64,000 nt of DNA, from NCBI GenBank assembly GCA_051530055.1, contig CM121342.1:15143480-15207479 (forward strand), written 5' to 3'. The DNA comes from Neoechinorhynchus agilis. Its lineage: Eukaryota; Animalia; Acanthocephala. The position numbers were made by a program, and so were the translations under genes. The notes under the pieces are model-generated. The model worked only from the letters and a program-made list of their open reading frames with translations. It was not told where the DNA came from and ran no database searches. Shown here piece after piece: positions 1 to 13,359 of this stretch (positions are counted from its first letter, which is position 1; each line of letters starts with the position of its first letter).

Positions 1-1907
1 ATTTGTGTGTGGGAACATATCAACTGCAAATAAGGATTCTAGCTGAAATGGTATTCCTGCATACTTTTTAGACTCTCTTTTACACAAGTTAAGAAAGTCT
101 TGTTTCGCTTGATTGAAGTCGCAGGAAATATAGAGCAATAGGTGGATACTTGGACAACTGCGAATCGCTCTAAGTGCGTTGGTGTGTAATCCAGCTCTCG
201 GTGGATCCACAATAGCAACAATCCGTTGTTTCTCGGCTGAATTTAACAAGCATGGTAGAAAGTGTTCAGCTGTGTCCACAGTGAACTTTACTTTATCTTC
301 GCTAAGTCCATTAAGTTCGATGTTACGGTGAGCGATTTCTATGGATTCCTTGGAGTTGTCCACTCCTATCGTTCGAGAGAATAGCTCGGATAGACTTATC
401 GCCCATAGACCTGATCCACAACAAACGTCTACGTCAAATGATCCACATATTCGCTTCCTGGTGGACCGCTTGGCTTAAAAGAGCACAATCTCTCGATGAA
501 CAGGTCAAAATAGACGACCTTAAGTTGTCAAGCAGCAGTTTGGCTGCGTAGATGTTTGGTTGGAAAAAAGAATTGGGTGGCATTAGAAACGATTTTCCTG
601 CGTCAAAATCAGTTTCAATCAAGTCTTCGTCACTTTTGTGTAATATCCTCAAAGATCGTCTTTCTGTGTTCTTGTCAAATGTTATATAAGCAGAGTGCAA
701 TTCACATTTCATTTTCAATTGACCAACGAGTTTCTCAGCAATCAAAATCACTTCGTCGTCGGATGAAGAGTGCTCAACGCTAAAAATCAAAGATAATTTC
801 CCCGAAGTCGTCGATTTGACAATTACAGTTTTCCAAAATCCAACTCGACGAATTTTACAAAAAGGAGGGAAAATATCGACGTGCCTTGATAGTTCCAATT
901 CAATGCATTCTGCCACTTGTTCTAATTGCTCAGTCATAAATGGGATTTTGTTCGTTCTGTGAATTACGATTTTGGTGCTATTAAATTTTCCGATGTTGAA
1001 TCCCACACGTACTTCTCCTTTATTTCCCCGTCCAATTGTAAACTCCAGTTTGCTTCGATATCCACGTAATTTGGGAGATGCGTATATTTTTAACTGAGAC
1101 CTGAGATTTGTCTGACAAAAACACTTTTCTTTTATAATACGTAGAAAACGCCACACTTTATCTTTTTTCTGCCTGAGCTGTTCATTATATGAAATATTCC
1201 ATAGAGGACACAGAGCTTTAAGCAGCAAGTTGTCTAAGTCAACGATTTTAATGTTTGCGATTCGGACTAAAACCTTAAGTTAATTTTTTTCATACGAATT
1301 GTTTAATGAGCAACCTGCAAAATTAAAAAATGAGTTTTAGACTTCTTTACATGAGTTTTGAACCTAATAAAAGTAGTCGCTAGCCATGAACAGTTTCGTA
1401 TGGCTGAAATGAAGGAAAAAGTTTTATAACCCAAACCCTAGCAAAAGGTTCTTGTAAATCACATTGGATCGCCACGAATGTTGCCAAATTTCTAATATTT
1501 AAGCGAAAAATAATTAAAAACATAAAAATCGTTCATGTAATTGTTCCTCGCTTACGTTTTCGCTAATGATAGAAATTGTGTTCGATTTTCGATGTGGCGC
1601 ATCTTTTAACAACAGTACCGAATTTCCACTGTATTTGTAATTTTGAAGGAGGGAATAAGCTTTGTCGTAATCCCTTTCTGATTTAACATTTAAAGTGATT
1701 CTTCAATTTTAAGGGGGCCAAAATTCAAAGTATCACAGCTACGTAAATCAAGTGATGTGCAAAATAATTTATAGCTCCATATTGAATTCCAAGACGTTGA
1801 AGTAGTTTCTTTATCTTCTTTAGGTCTAAGCGATTATTCCTTGTTACAGATTTACGTTCAATCGATATTCGATATGACTTTGCTTCTGCCGTCTCACTGG
1901 TCTCCAT
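1..1907 (-). CDS. TRMT2A: tRNA (uracil-5)-methyltransferase TRMT2A/Trm2-like, spliced, runs off the window start
   Basis: N-terminal RRM-like exons from ATG 1907 (KKIKKLLQRLGI...DYDKAYSLL). ORF 434-1228 has YRSKLEFTIG and PNSFFQPN. The downstream frame gives DVCCGSG (SAM motif I), VDPPRAGL, YISC and VDMFPHT. Confidence 0.9.
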
Positions 1908-2430
1908 TTTGGTTCGATCTAATGAAGGAAATGAAACAGTGTTAACTTTTTACATCATTGGCTGCAATTTTCACGTATAATTTTCAAGGCAATATTATTG
2001 GCTAATAAAAATTAAAATTAATGAAATTTTGTAATAAATTCTCGGCATTGCAGGATGTATAGCATTATATAACCAGTGTAAATGGAAATGCCGATTATGT
2101 AATTGCTACTGCGAGTATTTTCATCGGATATATTTACTGATAGTTGCAAAAACATGCATAACAACATCAAACGTCGATATCGTACTGAACACCGATTTGC
2201 TGAATAAGTTACATAGCACCTTTAAATTGCGGCCTCCTCTGCAGAAACGTATTACGGAACTTGTAGTTTGCGTCAATTATATATTGAACGTTGGAATGCT
2301 TCTTGGTTTAAATTAGATGTGCATTAATTTAATTTAATTGTGAAATACTATCTAATTCTCCAATCACGTGATTGATCAAGTTTTGCTTTTCAAATTGACA
2401 CTTGGGCGGACTGGTAATAATGGAGAAAAA

Positions 2431-2483
2431 TCTTTATTTCCTAGCTTTCGCCGCCTTACGTCTTCCTCAGGAATCTATAAAAG
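2431..2483 (-). ncRNA. Minimal hammerhead ribozyme motif with palindromic stem III AGCU
   Basis: Minus strand: gattc CUGAGGA A GACG uaagg CGGC GAAA GC UA GGAAAUAAAG. Core intact, one mismatch in stem II, short stem I. Confidence 0.6.
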
Positions 2484-3050
2484 GCGCATGGATATGTGAA
2501 ATGTGTGTTAAAGTAGCGACATCGAACGGTAAGTCCGCTCGGTTTTTGAGCCTTGTCGAGTGGATGTCTAGAACTCTCCCTCGCAGTCTTTGGAAATACC
2601 TTCCCTTTCGAACCGCCGGGACGTAAGCAATGCCTCGGCGATAGATAGCTCAATCGGGTCCCTGGCCACAAACCCAACTCGCGTGGTGAGTTTTACTTAT
2701 CCGTCGCTGTGGAACTCTAAGTGGTGTTTTGCCTATGGTGTCGGCGATTCAGTGCGTTGCTGACGTGTTCCATCAAAAGTAGATGCAAAAGCCGTTAGTT
2801 TTTGCTTTTATATAGACGAACTCACGATTGTTATTGGTCGAATATCGTTCGCAGGTCATCTCGTTGACAACGTTGCTTCGAGTGCAAATCCAATCTTGGC
2901 AGCCATTCGTGTCCACGGATTTTCTCAGGTACGATTCTAAACATGTTTCCGGCGTTACATGATATCGAGTTCTGGTCAGGAATCGCATAAGTGAAGGCGC
3001 ACGTCTGTGGACATTTGGACATCCATTCTCGATCGTCGAAGCAGCTTTCG
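2431..3050 (-). mobile_element. Degenerate Penelope-like element 3' end (GIY-YIG remnant plus hammerhead), family A copy 1
   Basis: With frameshifts reads CTRSNVV-EMTC...FVYI-KT-RLLH...EH...DPIELSIAEALL, matching the GIY-YIG tail of the element at 42.3-43.2 kb. The DNA is homologous to 57437-57950 and 46911-47345. Confidence 0.7.
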
Positions 3051-3074
3051 AACGTCATTAATGAACTTTTCGCT

Positions 3075-3190
3075 GATGGAGGAATCTGAGTATCCGGAGG
3101 GATGTATAAACTCATAACCGTATGGTTCAGGGTATTACGTGATTTTATGCGCTTCCCTGAACCAGATCGGTGGGCTGCGTGCCCAAAGAT
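3075..3190 (+). repeat. Partial copy of the SINE-like repeat also at 13485-13670 and inside RPL3
   Basis: Shares gagggatgta.aaactc.ta.ccgt and cttccctga...gat.ggtgggctg.gtgccca with the other copies. Confidence 0.5.
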
Positions 3191-4199
3191 ACTAAAAGTT
3201 AAGTGGCTGATCAGACTTCAAAAATATATTTTTATCTAGAGTATCGGCTTCCGCCATATCGATTCGAGTATACAATCATCTTTCCGTTTCTCATCTCTTG
3301 AATAACAGCGCCACTGGAACCGCAAGATCCCTTTTTACGCTTGTATCCATTATAAGCTAAGATTGCGTTCACTCTATCTATTGGCAATCGTTTCTCCGTT
3401 AATGACGATGAACAAAAAGGAACTGTACTATTTTATTAAGTGTTGAAGTGAACATCCCTTACATTGCTGATAATTTTCCTTGGGTATCAAATTGATTTCA
3501 AATTGATTTTCCTGCACGGGATGGATCATACAATAGGTTTACACTTCAAATTGTTCCGCTCTAATTGGTCTTTAACACTTTTTTAAGTTTTCAAGTGTGA
3601 AAATCGCGATTCTCTGCTTTCTCATCAATTAGATGAAACCGTCGCGTTAGCGATTAGACTTTTTAAGGCTAAACTCCTTTTGGGAACGGTACCAATAGTT
3701 TCGGGCCAAAATTATAAGACTTTAATTCGTGTTTGAATGATCTGTTCAACTAAATTCTATCATCATCCAAAATGTATGCTTTAAAGACACTCAGTGGGAT
3801 GCATGAAGTTGAAGGAGTTTCCAGCATTATCATTCAAAAGGCGAAATTCTGTATTTCAAAATCAATAGGTACCGTAGCTTGGTTGTAATAAACACAATGA
3901 CATATTTTAGTTTCAAAGTAAAATGTGTTAGTTTAATTTAAGTGCGCAGGGATACTGCATCTTTAATGAAATCTGGAATTAAAAAAAACCCAGACCAGAT
4001 ATTCCCACCGACCTCACTAAATCCGCATTCCATAGTTTCAATCCAATACTGTATATCGCTCAAATAACGATTACCCTATCTTCATTAAAAACAATGTTAC
4101 AAAGAGGACCAAAAAGTTCATGAGTCCAATTCTTGTTATCTAGCAAACAAAATAAACGTGTTATTATAAGTAGATGTACAAGCCGTCTTTTACGCTACC

Positions 4200-4650
4200 A
4201 AGTGCACTAAATGCCTCACAGAAAGAAAAAATTTGAATCGATGTTGACAAATAATGAGAGGGGAAGCCTCTTTTATGGGATGCGACTTGCGTGGACACGC
4301 TTGCCCCCAGTAATTTTCAGTTTTCAAAAAAGAGCCCTGGAGGTTCAGCGGTCGTTGCTGAGGTCCGAAAACGTACAAAATACAGAGAGCTTTTAAGGTC
4401 CTATTATTTCGTCCCTTTCGCCGTGGAAACGTATGGAGCCTTGGTACCGTCAGCGCTCACTCTCCTCGACGAATTGGGACAGAGGACGAAAAGGATGACG
4501 GGGGAACCGCGCTCTAGAAATTTCCTCGTTCAACGAATCGCAATTGCGATACAGCGAGGGGACGCTGCCAGTCTACTGGCAACGTCAAGAAGTTCACAGG
4601 AATAAATTGTAATCGTTGTAAATTAATAAATCAAAAAAATTTTTGATAAG
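4200..4650 (+). mobile_element. 5'-truncated CRE-like non-LTR retrotransposon 3' end
   Basis: ORF 4291-4605 reads FVPFAVETYGAL...FLVQRIAIAIQRGDAAS, followed by aataaa and an A-run. Same motif set as 33545-35660. Confidence 0.8.
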
Positions 4651-5350
4651 GAGAAAGAGCTTCGATTGTAATGTTGGACTAAATTCTCAACCCAGTTGCG
4701 TTTCTAAAAGAAGTCTTTTTAATTGGACTAATGATAAGATTGCGTGTTTGGTACAATAACTTCTTTAGCAATACTATTTTCCAGTATTCAGTGCCAAATG
4801 TGTTTCACAAATTATCGAACCAATATATTGACCAATATAAAATGATAACGAACTGGACACCCATCTACACAATGCATGGCTTCTGTTTATAATCGAGTGT
4901 ATAGACGGTATGATAAAAAAATCCTTACCGCTACAGCTTTTAATTTGTTGTATTCGTTTTTCGCGATAAGGTTGAATTCTGATATTTTCGGTGAAATTAG
5001 AAATGTAATGAACGGCACTGTCATAAATAAGATCAAAAGCATTTTTAGTACAGAATTTTTGGTGGGGAAGCACTCCAAGCTATTTCGCAAATACTCATTT
5101 TGGTAATGACTCCGAGCAATCAGTGCGTAACAACGATACATTAAACTAGTGGATATGTCGATTAAACCGAGGCCGGAAGCACCATAATCCCCGTTTAAAT
5201 TTCTGAAATGTTTTGTTCGCGTGTTAACACCTTTCGCTTTTAAACAATGCATCTCGTGGATTTACAAGGTTTAGCTCCGCCAATAAAGAATCGAACGGCA
5301 ATCGATTGCAGTGTTGCTGCTTTGCTTAATACATGCGAATAAAACACTTA

Positions 5351-5400
5351 ACACAATGACTGATGAGGCAAGGTTACCTTGTGAAATATTTCAAATAAAT
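5351..5400 (+). ncRNA. Minimal hammerhead motif, family B, palindromic stem III AUAU
   Basis: uga CUGAUGA G GCAAGG uua CCUUGU GAAA UA UU UCA aauaaau. Nearly identical core and tail at 44631-44680. Stem I is only 3 bp. Confidence 0.5.
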
Positions 5401-5635
5401 CGAGTATGTCATGGCCGGGATTATGTTCTCCACGGGTCTAATTCTATCATCCCGAAGGATTTTATCAGTCGATGATAAAAAAGGAAAGATGGCGTATGCA
5501 CTTGGGAGAAGGTTATAAACTCAGTTCATAATTATCATTAAGTTCATCGCTATCAAATAAAGATTCTGTAATCACATTTAACTAGCGAATTGTGCTTCCC
5601 AGCTATTTTTCCATTACATTCACTTAATGATAACT

Positions 5636-6709
5636 TTAGTCGGCATTAGTGATGAACACAGGTAAGACACAATGAGCGGGCTCACCACTCGCGGAGGATG
5701 TAGAGCTTCGTGATGACTTAGATCCCAAACTTTTTATGCTGCTTCTTCGTCTACTGTACCTTCTCTGTTCTACGCCACCAGAAGTCGAGTACTCAATACT
5801 CAATCGACCAATCAGTTGGTAGGAAAGCTGTATATGAACTCCATCAGTCAATTCATAATCATCAATGTTTTGATACGACGGGCACAAATCATCTGGGATT
5901 ATGAAGCAACCTTCCACTTTGTACCTCGATGCTGTCTTTGAATCGATCTGCTTCTTATAGATTTTATTCTCAATCATTACACATTGAACGAAGTGAACGC
6001 TCAAATGTATTTCCCGGTCAGATTCTTCATTCTCTATCTCTGGAAATCGAAATATTCATTTCCCCTTCGATTCCCAATGTAAGGTCATCGTAAACGACAG
6101 AGCACTACCTATCTTAAAATATCTGTATCCCTGTTCAGGATGAACTTCTCCGTTTAAAATGCTCAAAATCAAAACACCGCCTTCAACTGTTTGAACCATC
6201 GATGTACTTGTTTCGAAAATACTTCCAAATTCAACAAATCCCGCAATCGGAAGACGCTGAGGAGTCACTTTTGGCAAAAGGCTTTCGATGTGAGTTTGAG
6301 CGACGGGTTTAAATTTTTCTGTTAGTATCGATATTTTGTATTTTATCTGGACACAATCTGGCATTTCGATTGTTGGTGGAAGCTCAAGTGGAATATTATA
6401 CTTAATCGGATAGAAAAGGTTATCATTTTCAATTTTAGCATGGATTTTAACAGGTACACCGTCGTACAGGCTTCGCTGGTAGCTTTGACGGCGTTGACCG
6501 GTAATTGATCCGGCGTCCGGAACGCTCCTTTGGTAAACCAGTTTACATTTCAAGCAAACCATTAAAGAACAAGGGAAACTTTGTTGTCGATACGATTGAA
6601 CTGAGTTTTTATAGGGTTTCGTAAGTGCGACTCGACCGACGATTGCATCACCCGAAAAGTATGAAGGTTTATCTGTGCCATCGGTAGTCTCAATTAGGTC
6701 TCGCACCAT
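5636..6709 (-). CDS. Arrestin-domain (alpha-arrestin-like) protein, two exons
   Basis: YFSGDAIVGRV and PLELPPTIE...QIKYKI resemble the arrestin N domain. The two ORFs are in the same frame and are joined by a probable 69-nt GT-AG intron (ata g|gtagtg...tttccag|ag). Confidence 0.55.
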
Positions 6710-7411
6710 CTCTTCCTTAAAATCGAAGTATGATTTTAAACGTGGCAGAATCGTTATTTAAGTATTTGCGTTTCATTCAACTTAAACGCGTACAATGAAA
6801 GCTTAATAATGATTTTTCACAAATGGAAGTCGGTGACGTTTAGCGATCACTAAGATAGCTATTTCTAAAAATTAAATTGAACCATGAAGTTTCGAATCAC
6901 TTCAATTGGTTATATCAAAAGGAAACTATTTTGAAATGAAAAGAAAATCCAGCTTAATGAGAAATTGATTGTAAAAACCTCATCGCCTGGTCACAAGTAC
7001 CCCACAAAAGCTCTCCAATAAAACACCTTTTTAAATCCCCCGCTACAGTTTAATGCTTATCCGGTACATTGAAGATGCGAGGTTTGAGCGTTTTTTTGAA
7101 TATACGTAAAAATTTGATCACTATTTAACGTAAAATGAAATTGAGCAAGTGAGAAAACAAACTGAATTTTGGCGTTAATTTTAAACCGCTGAGACTACCC
7201 CTGACTTAACTCAATGTTCAATGCATTGTTAGGAATAGACTTTGAGTTCCCCATTATGAATTAGAATGTTGTTCATGTACAAAAAGGAAAAGTTGGCTTT
7301 GTGCGTATTTTGCCATGATTAAGAGGCCTGTTTCTGTTACTCACCCGCCCTTTCGTTCGCAGAGATCGGATGATTTAGTTCACTGTTCAGTTAAAGACAC
7401 CAACACTATAA

Positions 7412-9049
7412 TTATCCTTGGGGTTTTGAACAGGTAAAGTCGTTCAACTGTCGACCTTCCAAGCACGTGAACCAATGATAGTTTTCTGAAACATGTGAGA
7501 TGGCATAATAGTGCACAATGGCAGCGGCGACAACGAGAATATGGAACAGTTGGTGCGATTGACCGAGAATATCGAATTTGCCAGGGAAAAACCTTTCCGG
7601 AACGCGAAGTGCGTATAATACAGCTCCAGAAATGTATAGTAGACCCATAATTATCAATTTCCCTAAACTTGCATACTTGAAGCTCAACGCAGGTCCATGG
7701 ATAATCATGAGGTGAATCACTGGGAACACTGCGCTCGATCCGAAGGCGACAAACATCGCTAAACAAGAACGATGATTTTAGATAGCACCGGAAGGTTAGG
7801 GTACTTACCAGCTCTGAGGTTACGACATTCCGGTTCACCGAACTTATCGAGCACTGAGATAAATATACAGATGATTCCAAAGGCTGAGAGAAGTACAAGG
7901 TAAAATATCTTAGCTGCCACATTACAGTAGAAAGCGTAATGAAGCCACGGGATGAACGAGCCTATAACCAGCACCGATATTCCACAATAGTCGATTCTAA
8001 AACGAGGGTCTTAGAATTAGGATTTATCGGCATAAACTAACTTGTTGAATATCTTACACACTCTACACGAGTGGCACGCGAATATGTGGAAAACCGTAGA
8101 ACACAGCAAGCAGGTTATTATACCTATGAAGAATGCTCCAACCATGAACTTGAATTCCACAGGAGCTGGCAAAACGAGAAAATTGGCGAACCAGAAAGTA
8201 AATATAAGACAGCCGACTAAGTGCGTCCAAATGTTAATCGTTTCGGTGTGGAGTCGGAATACACTAGCGAGGCAGGCTCGTACACTGGGCAAAGGGGGAC
8301 GGTATCCACGATGTAGATACTCGTTGTCTTTCATCCATTTGGGCAGTGAATGCCAACTTATACAGTTCCAGCGATGCCAAAGTTCTTTCGCCAAATGCTC
8401 AACTTGGTCCGCGCACTTTCCAGTTAGTTCGTTCAACATATGAATTCCATCCTCTGCACCTTCGATCGAGATCAATATGTTACACAACATGAGTGACATG
8501 AATAGAATTTTTTTAACAGAAAACGTGGTGGAGCAATGATCATGTACATTACACAACCTTGAATCGCGGTTAAACTTTTGTTAAGGTCGACATTTTTCTA
8601 AATTTTCTAATTTGACGACTCCAGAAATTCTGGTATTGTTGATCATAATGTTTACATCAGCGAACATCGACAAATATGCCAGAAAACTGAGAAAGCTGAT
8701 CTTATAAATCACTAAAAAATGAATTGTGGTTATGATAATCCTTCGGATAAAATATATTTTAGTCGGATGATTATCACCATCACAATTTAAACTTTATCAA
8801 CCCGAAGGATTTTCTCTTTCTGCGGAAATCATTAAATAATCTAAAAAAAGACAAACAGTCCAAAATCCATTTCAGACGAGATCTCGATAGACGATTTAGA
8901 TCGCACATTGTTGTCGTCTCAGTCTGACATTTTTCGTCATCTTCGATATCGCAAGCTGCGGCGACCTTGGCTGCTGTTGGGCTGATAGCAACGTCCTCTT
9001 TGATGGAATCTACATGACCCATGATGCTTTGGTTGATGTCTGATCGCAT
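7412..9049 (-). CDS. ADIPOR: Adiponectin receptor (PAQR family), spliced; 5' exon uncertain
   Basis: LPKWMKDNEYLHRGYRPPLPS, HTETINIWTHL, IDYCGISVLVIGSF, PERFFPGKFDILGQSHQLFH; canonical introns at about 7975-8030 and 7757-7810. Confidence 0.92.
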
Positions 9050-10299
9050 TTAACCTTAATGAAGGAAATCGGGCATAGAATTATGAGGAAAATGAATCCG
9101 AGATCTACAAATCTTATTTTGCTTCATGAGCAACGTCCCATAGAAGCCTAGATTGTGTAGGTACTACTCACTTTGGAAGAGAGCGAAGTGACGTCTAGTG
9201 AGGACTGGGGAGCTATCAGTGCAAGGAAACGCGTTTTTTGAGAAGTTTAAAGAAAACGAGGTACATAGTGACACGTGAATGTGAGTCCCTTCTTACTTCC
9301 TACTCTTTTTTTATTGCGAGCTTCGTGTATTCATTTCAAGAACTGGATTCGTGATTTTTTAAATAACACTCACTAAGTTGCTCGACAATACACCACAATT
9401 TTATCTAAGAAAAATACATTGATCGGGGAAAGAATGCCCATTTACTATATTGAGGGGGAACAGACCAATGCACAAACAAAAGACGTCCGATTGTGATGTA
9501 ATTCCTGTTAGAAGATGAATAATCAACAAAAGTTCAATAGAGTTTGAAATATGTTTTTAAATACACAAAAATAAGAAAAATTAATGTTTGAGTACGATAA
9601 TTTTCGGTGTTGAACGTGCACGACCACCCACAGTCCAAAATCTAAAAAGTACATTTCTACGGGGTTCACATATTGCGAGCAAACGATAAAGTTCTATCGA
9701 TTTTGCCTCAGATTTCCTGATTTCATTTCTGACTCGCAGACCTTTCAGCAAAGAGAGGCAAGCAGCGTGACACGCAACACTTCACAAGACAATAAGTATA
9801 TATTTCAGTGGTTGTTAGAAGGATTCAATCGAACATTCAATTCGATTGACAGATACTTTTCATACAGCTAAACATCTTAATCATGAAAGCACCATTCATT
9901 GTCAAAGAACCTAAAAGATGTGAAAAATGCTGCAAAGACAAAAACCATCCTGAACACTTATTGATGATGAGTATGGCTCTGACGCGACCATGAACATTAG
10001 CGGTGTAGATATAATGCAGTAGGCGTGCCGAAAGGAAGAAAATATTTCTTAGTAGCAGAGTATGTACATCACAATACTGTGAGAGTTTTAAAACTTGTCT
10101 ATAGTCTATTCAGTTCTAATTTAAAATACTTAAATATGTAACGATACTGAAAAGCGGACAATGATGAAAAATGAGTTAGATTACAATGCTCAAGAAAACC
10201 CATAATACTCCAAAATCTCTTTATCCGTCAGCGATATAACGAAAGCAGAAAATTGATGGCTTCATGGGACAAAATAGCATGAAAAACTCAGTTTTGGCT

Positions 10300-11270
10300 A
10301 AGAATAGCCCAATATGATTAAAATTGTATCGCAAACTAGAACAGTACGCTCATCAAACTATTTAAAATCCATTTCAAGGTGTGCTTTTCAAACCCGTTGT
10401 GAAACACTCATTGTTATTCGTAATGAGTTTTATGAGATGTTTGGCGAAAAAGCACTAGTCACAACGGCTCGCAAACCCAATAAAAGGGCAATTTTTACTG
10501 TTGCCAAAAAATATATCAATTATTCGTGGAGAACCGTAATTAGAAACCATCTCTATAAAAACCAACAATGAGAATTCCTTGTGTACGATATTACTAACTT
10601 TGCTAATTAAGAAGGATTAATATAACTAACACTATTAAAAGAATGTGAAAAAAGAATTAAACCTGATAACGAACACGACCATTCCTGTTATTGACAAAAA
10701 CCTTGCTGAGGTCTACGTTTGGGTGCACTACCTTTCGCATCGATACCAATACAAAAAAGTTTACTTAAAAAGCTGGGATGGAACGACAAGTCGCATTTCT
10801 CTAGATTTTTCAGCTTTTATCGAAAAAGTTCGCTCATTGCAAAGGTTATTCTTTTCGCGAAACGAAATTTCCGTCTACACTAAAAATTATCAAGTCTAAA
10901 AATTGGCTTACTGTTCGGCTTCCAAAAAAAGTCCCAGCAACAATCTTTTGGTATTAAATATTCATGAGTCAAGAAAAATGATAATTGCCGTGGAAACGAA
11001 AATGGATATTCAACGAATCAACATCACACCTAAAAGTATACCGTTTCTAAGACGCCAACGTATAAAAGTTCGTGGATAAACAAGCGACTAACCGTATGAA
11101 CTATTCAAGAACATTAAAAACCTTCATTATAGTCTAAGGCTAAATGTATGGCACATTTCAGCGATGGAACACCGACGATACAAGTGCGCATTCTTTCAGC
11201 GCAAACCTTATATAGTAATTATTGTTTAACAAACTGATGATGAACTCGACGAGGTTCGCAGAACGTCTTT
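10300..11270 (+). mobile_element. Heavily decayed Penelope-like element (tentative)
   Basis: Scattered motifs in the expected order (KPVVKHS, TTSRISLDFSA, NGYST, AHF..GTP.I.VRIL), ending in a degenerate hammerhead core CTGATGA at 11234. Confidence 0.3.
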
Positions 11271-11677
11271 AATAAATAATCATTTTCCGCGAGAGTTGAC
11301 TTCTATACAATAATTATAATCACATTCCCCGGTACCTCACATATCAACACCTTAGATAGTATTTGATAAGAAAGCATCGAAATCCATTCCCAATTGAACG
11401 GACTTGCAGTTTTTCGCCGTGTTGACTCTGTAATGCCACTATTTTTCGAAACGTAACTACGATGTACTCCTAATTCCCAGCGATTTTGCTCTAAGTATTG
11501 TTATTTCTGAGCGTTTTTTTCTAAAAAGATCACATTTGTAGTGCCGTTCTTTTGTTTGCTACTTTGCGGTGACTCAATTCAGCTATTATTCTCTCGTCAT
11601 TTTATACGCTTGTATCCTTTCGCAGCCTGCGAGAAGTCGCGAAATCCGATTCGTTTCGAACGCATATTTTTTCAGAT

Positions 11678-13359
11678 ATGCTTTTCCATTACTTGTGGAT
11701 TTTTGTGTCTTTGGCTTCACTTTCACTATGTACGACCGGTCACTTTGGCGCTGTATTTTCGGTTAATAGGGGGTTAGTAGTGTTGATCATAAATCTTTGA
11801 GAATCTCCTAAGTCTATATTTAGTCGTGGAAATAATGAAATTTTCATTCCAGTTGGCATACCCATAAATCCGGAATCGATACTCAAGCTGTTTGAGAATG
11901 CGGAATTCGTAATTCCTCGAGTGATACGCGTTAAAACTCCACTAAGGCTTGACGACATGCGAGAAGTCAAAAAGTTGGTGATTGAGGTATTTTTGTTGCT
12001 TCATGAGTAGTATTTTAAAAGTTTATGCTAAGATGTCCCGAAATGGTTGGTCTCCTGCTGTGACGACATATTTCCCATTGGTAAATCGAGTAGAAGATTT
12101 AGATCATAAATCAGATTGTAGTGGAGATTTCTTCAATAGCTGATTGATGACTTAGCAACTTCGTTGAGATCTAAAATAAACCAAGGATACGAATTATATG
12201 AGAAATTAGACGGTTGGTTTGACGTGTGCATACCTTGAGGATTATTTTGTAGTCACTTCCGTTTATTCTCTGTTGGCAAATCAAACGAGTGTTTTAATAT
12301 ATTGGACGCATGAATCTGCGAAAAGCAAACGCCGATTTGAGAAATTCAGATCGTTTTACGCTTCTGACGGAAAATCCGGATTCTATTTGGGGGACAAAGA
12401 GGTAATTTTATATGAACATGAAATGGACAAGGAACCTGTGGCATCAGTCCTTCAAGCTTTAAGCGCAACTTGGACTTTAACTGATAGTCAACATGCAACG
12501 TAAGAGGCTAATTTATAGTAACATCTCAAGGATTTGAGCAAAACAGACTTAATTTCGATCTACACGCAATTAACAACAATGATGTTTATTCAATCAGGTT
12601 CGTTTTCTTTGCGTCGGAGAAAAATATAACATAGGTTCAAAAAGAAAGACTTGCAGATTCGTATTTAGGGTTGAGATTTCAAAAGTGTTTCGACCATTCT
12701 ACTATTCATCTGAACACGTTTATTATTTAGTTTTAAAGAGAGAGATGTGAATTTTTGGCGAAAAAAGCACAATTGAAATGTTAAAATGGCATAAATCATT
12801 TTGATGGCAAAAAAATCAAAATTTAGATTTCCATTTGCAATGAACAAGTTTGGTTCATGGTCACTAATGGATGTATCAATGGAGCTTCCCTCGGACGTTA
12901 TTATTCCAATGGACTACATAACAGGTCTTCATTACGAACTAGACTGATCAAATCACTGAAAATTTCAAGTTTAGGTGGCGCGAGAGCATCGATGTTAAGT
13001 CCTTATGGATTCTGTTTTGCTTGCGAGAAATCACAGTTGCGATCGCAATTCAACGCTACAAGTTCAATCAAGTACAGACTTGTTCTGAAAAAACTAAAGG
13101 TTCAACATTATAGATCTTCTTTTCGATCTTAAGCTACTCACATAAGATTCAACCGTTCAATTTCGATGGATCTTTTTCGGCTCGCGTGAATGATTGTGTT
13201 GGATTCTTTACTCCTGTTATATGGTCAGGAATTGTAGTTTCGATAACATTCATAACAGTGCTAATGTGGGCGATGTGGATGATGATGAGCATTGAACCAA
13301 TTCAAAGATTTGATAATCCACGTCAAAAGCCACTCGCAATCCATGGAGAAAAGTCATGA
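11678..13359 (+). CDS. ATP6AP1: V-ATPase accessory subunit S1 (Ac45), spliced
   Basis: Signal peptide MLFHYLWIFVSLASLSLC at 11678. SPYGFCFAC exon, then intron 13100-13146, then last exon IQPFNFDGSFSARVNDCVGFFTPVIWSG-TM-IQRFDNPRQK, the Ac45 C-terminal signature. Middle exons are less certain. Confidence 0.8.

Noticed and set aside
2476-2487. CTATAAAAGG TATA box / LTR promoter reading of the 2.4 kb and 57.5 kb repeat; also U3, RNase P/MRP or telomerase RNA resemblance
   Set aside because: The repeat translates as a GIY-YIG tail on the minus strand and the TATA-like bases are the antisense of the hammerhead stem I arm. The other RNAs' conserved boxes are not jointly present.
3300-5252. Possible L1/Tx1-like RT relic on the minus strand (GLGLIDI, AY..DD-like)
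   Set aside because: Motifs too short and scattered to support a call without a profile search.
6056-6058. In-frame TGA between the two arrestin ORFs (selenocysteine or readthrough?)
   Set aside because: A 69-nt GT-AG intron with a good acceptor (tttccag) removes it, and no SECIS-like element was recognised.
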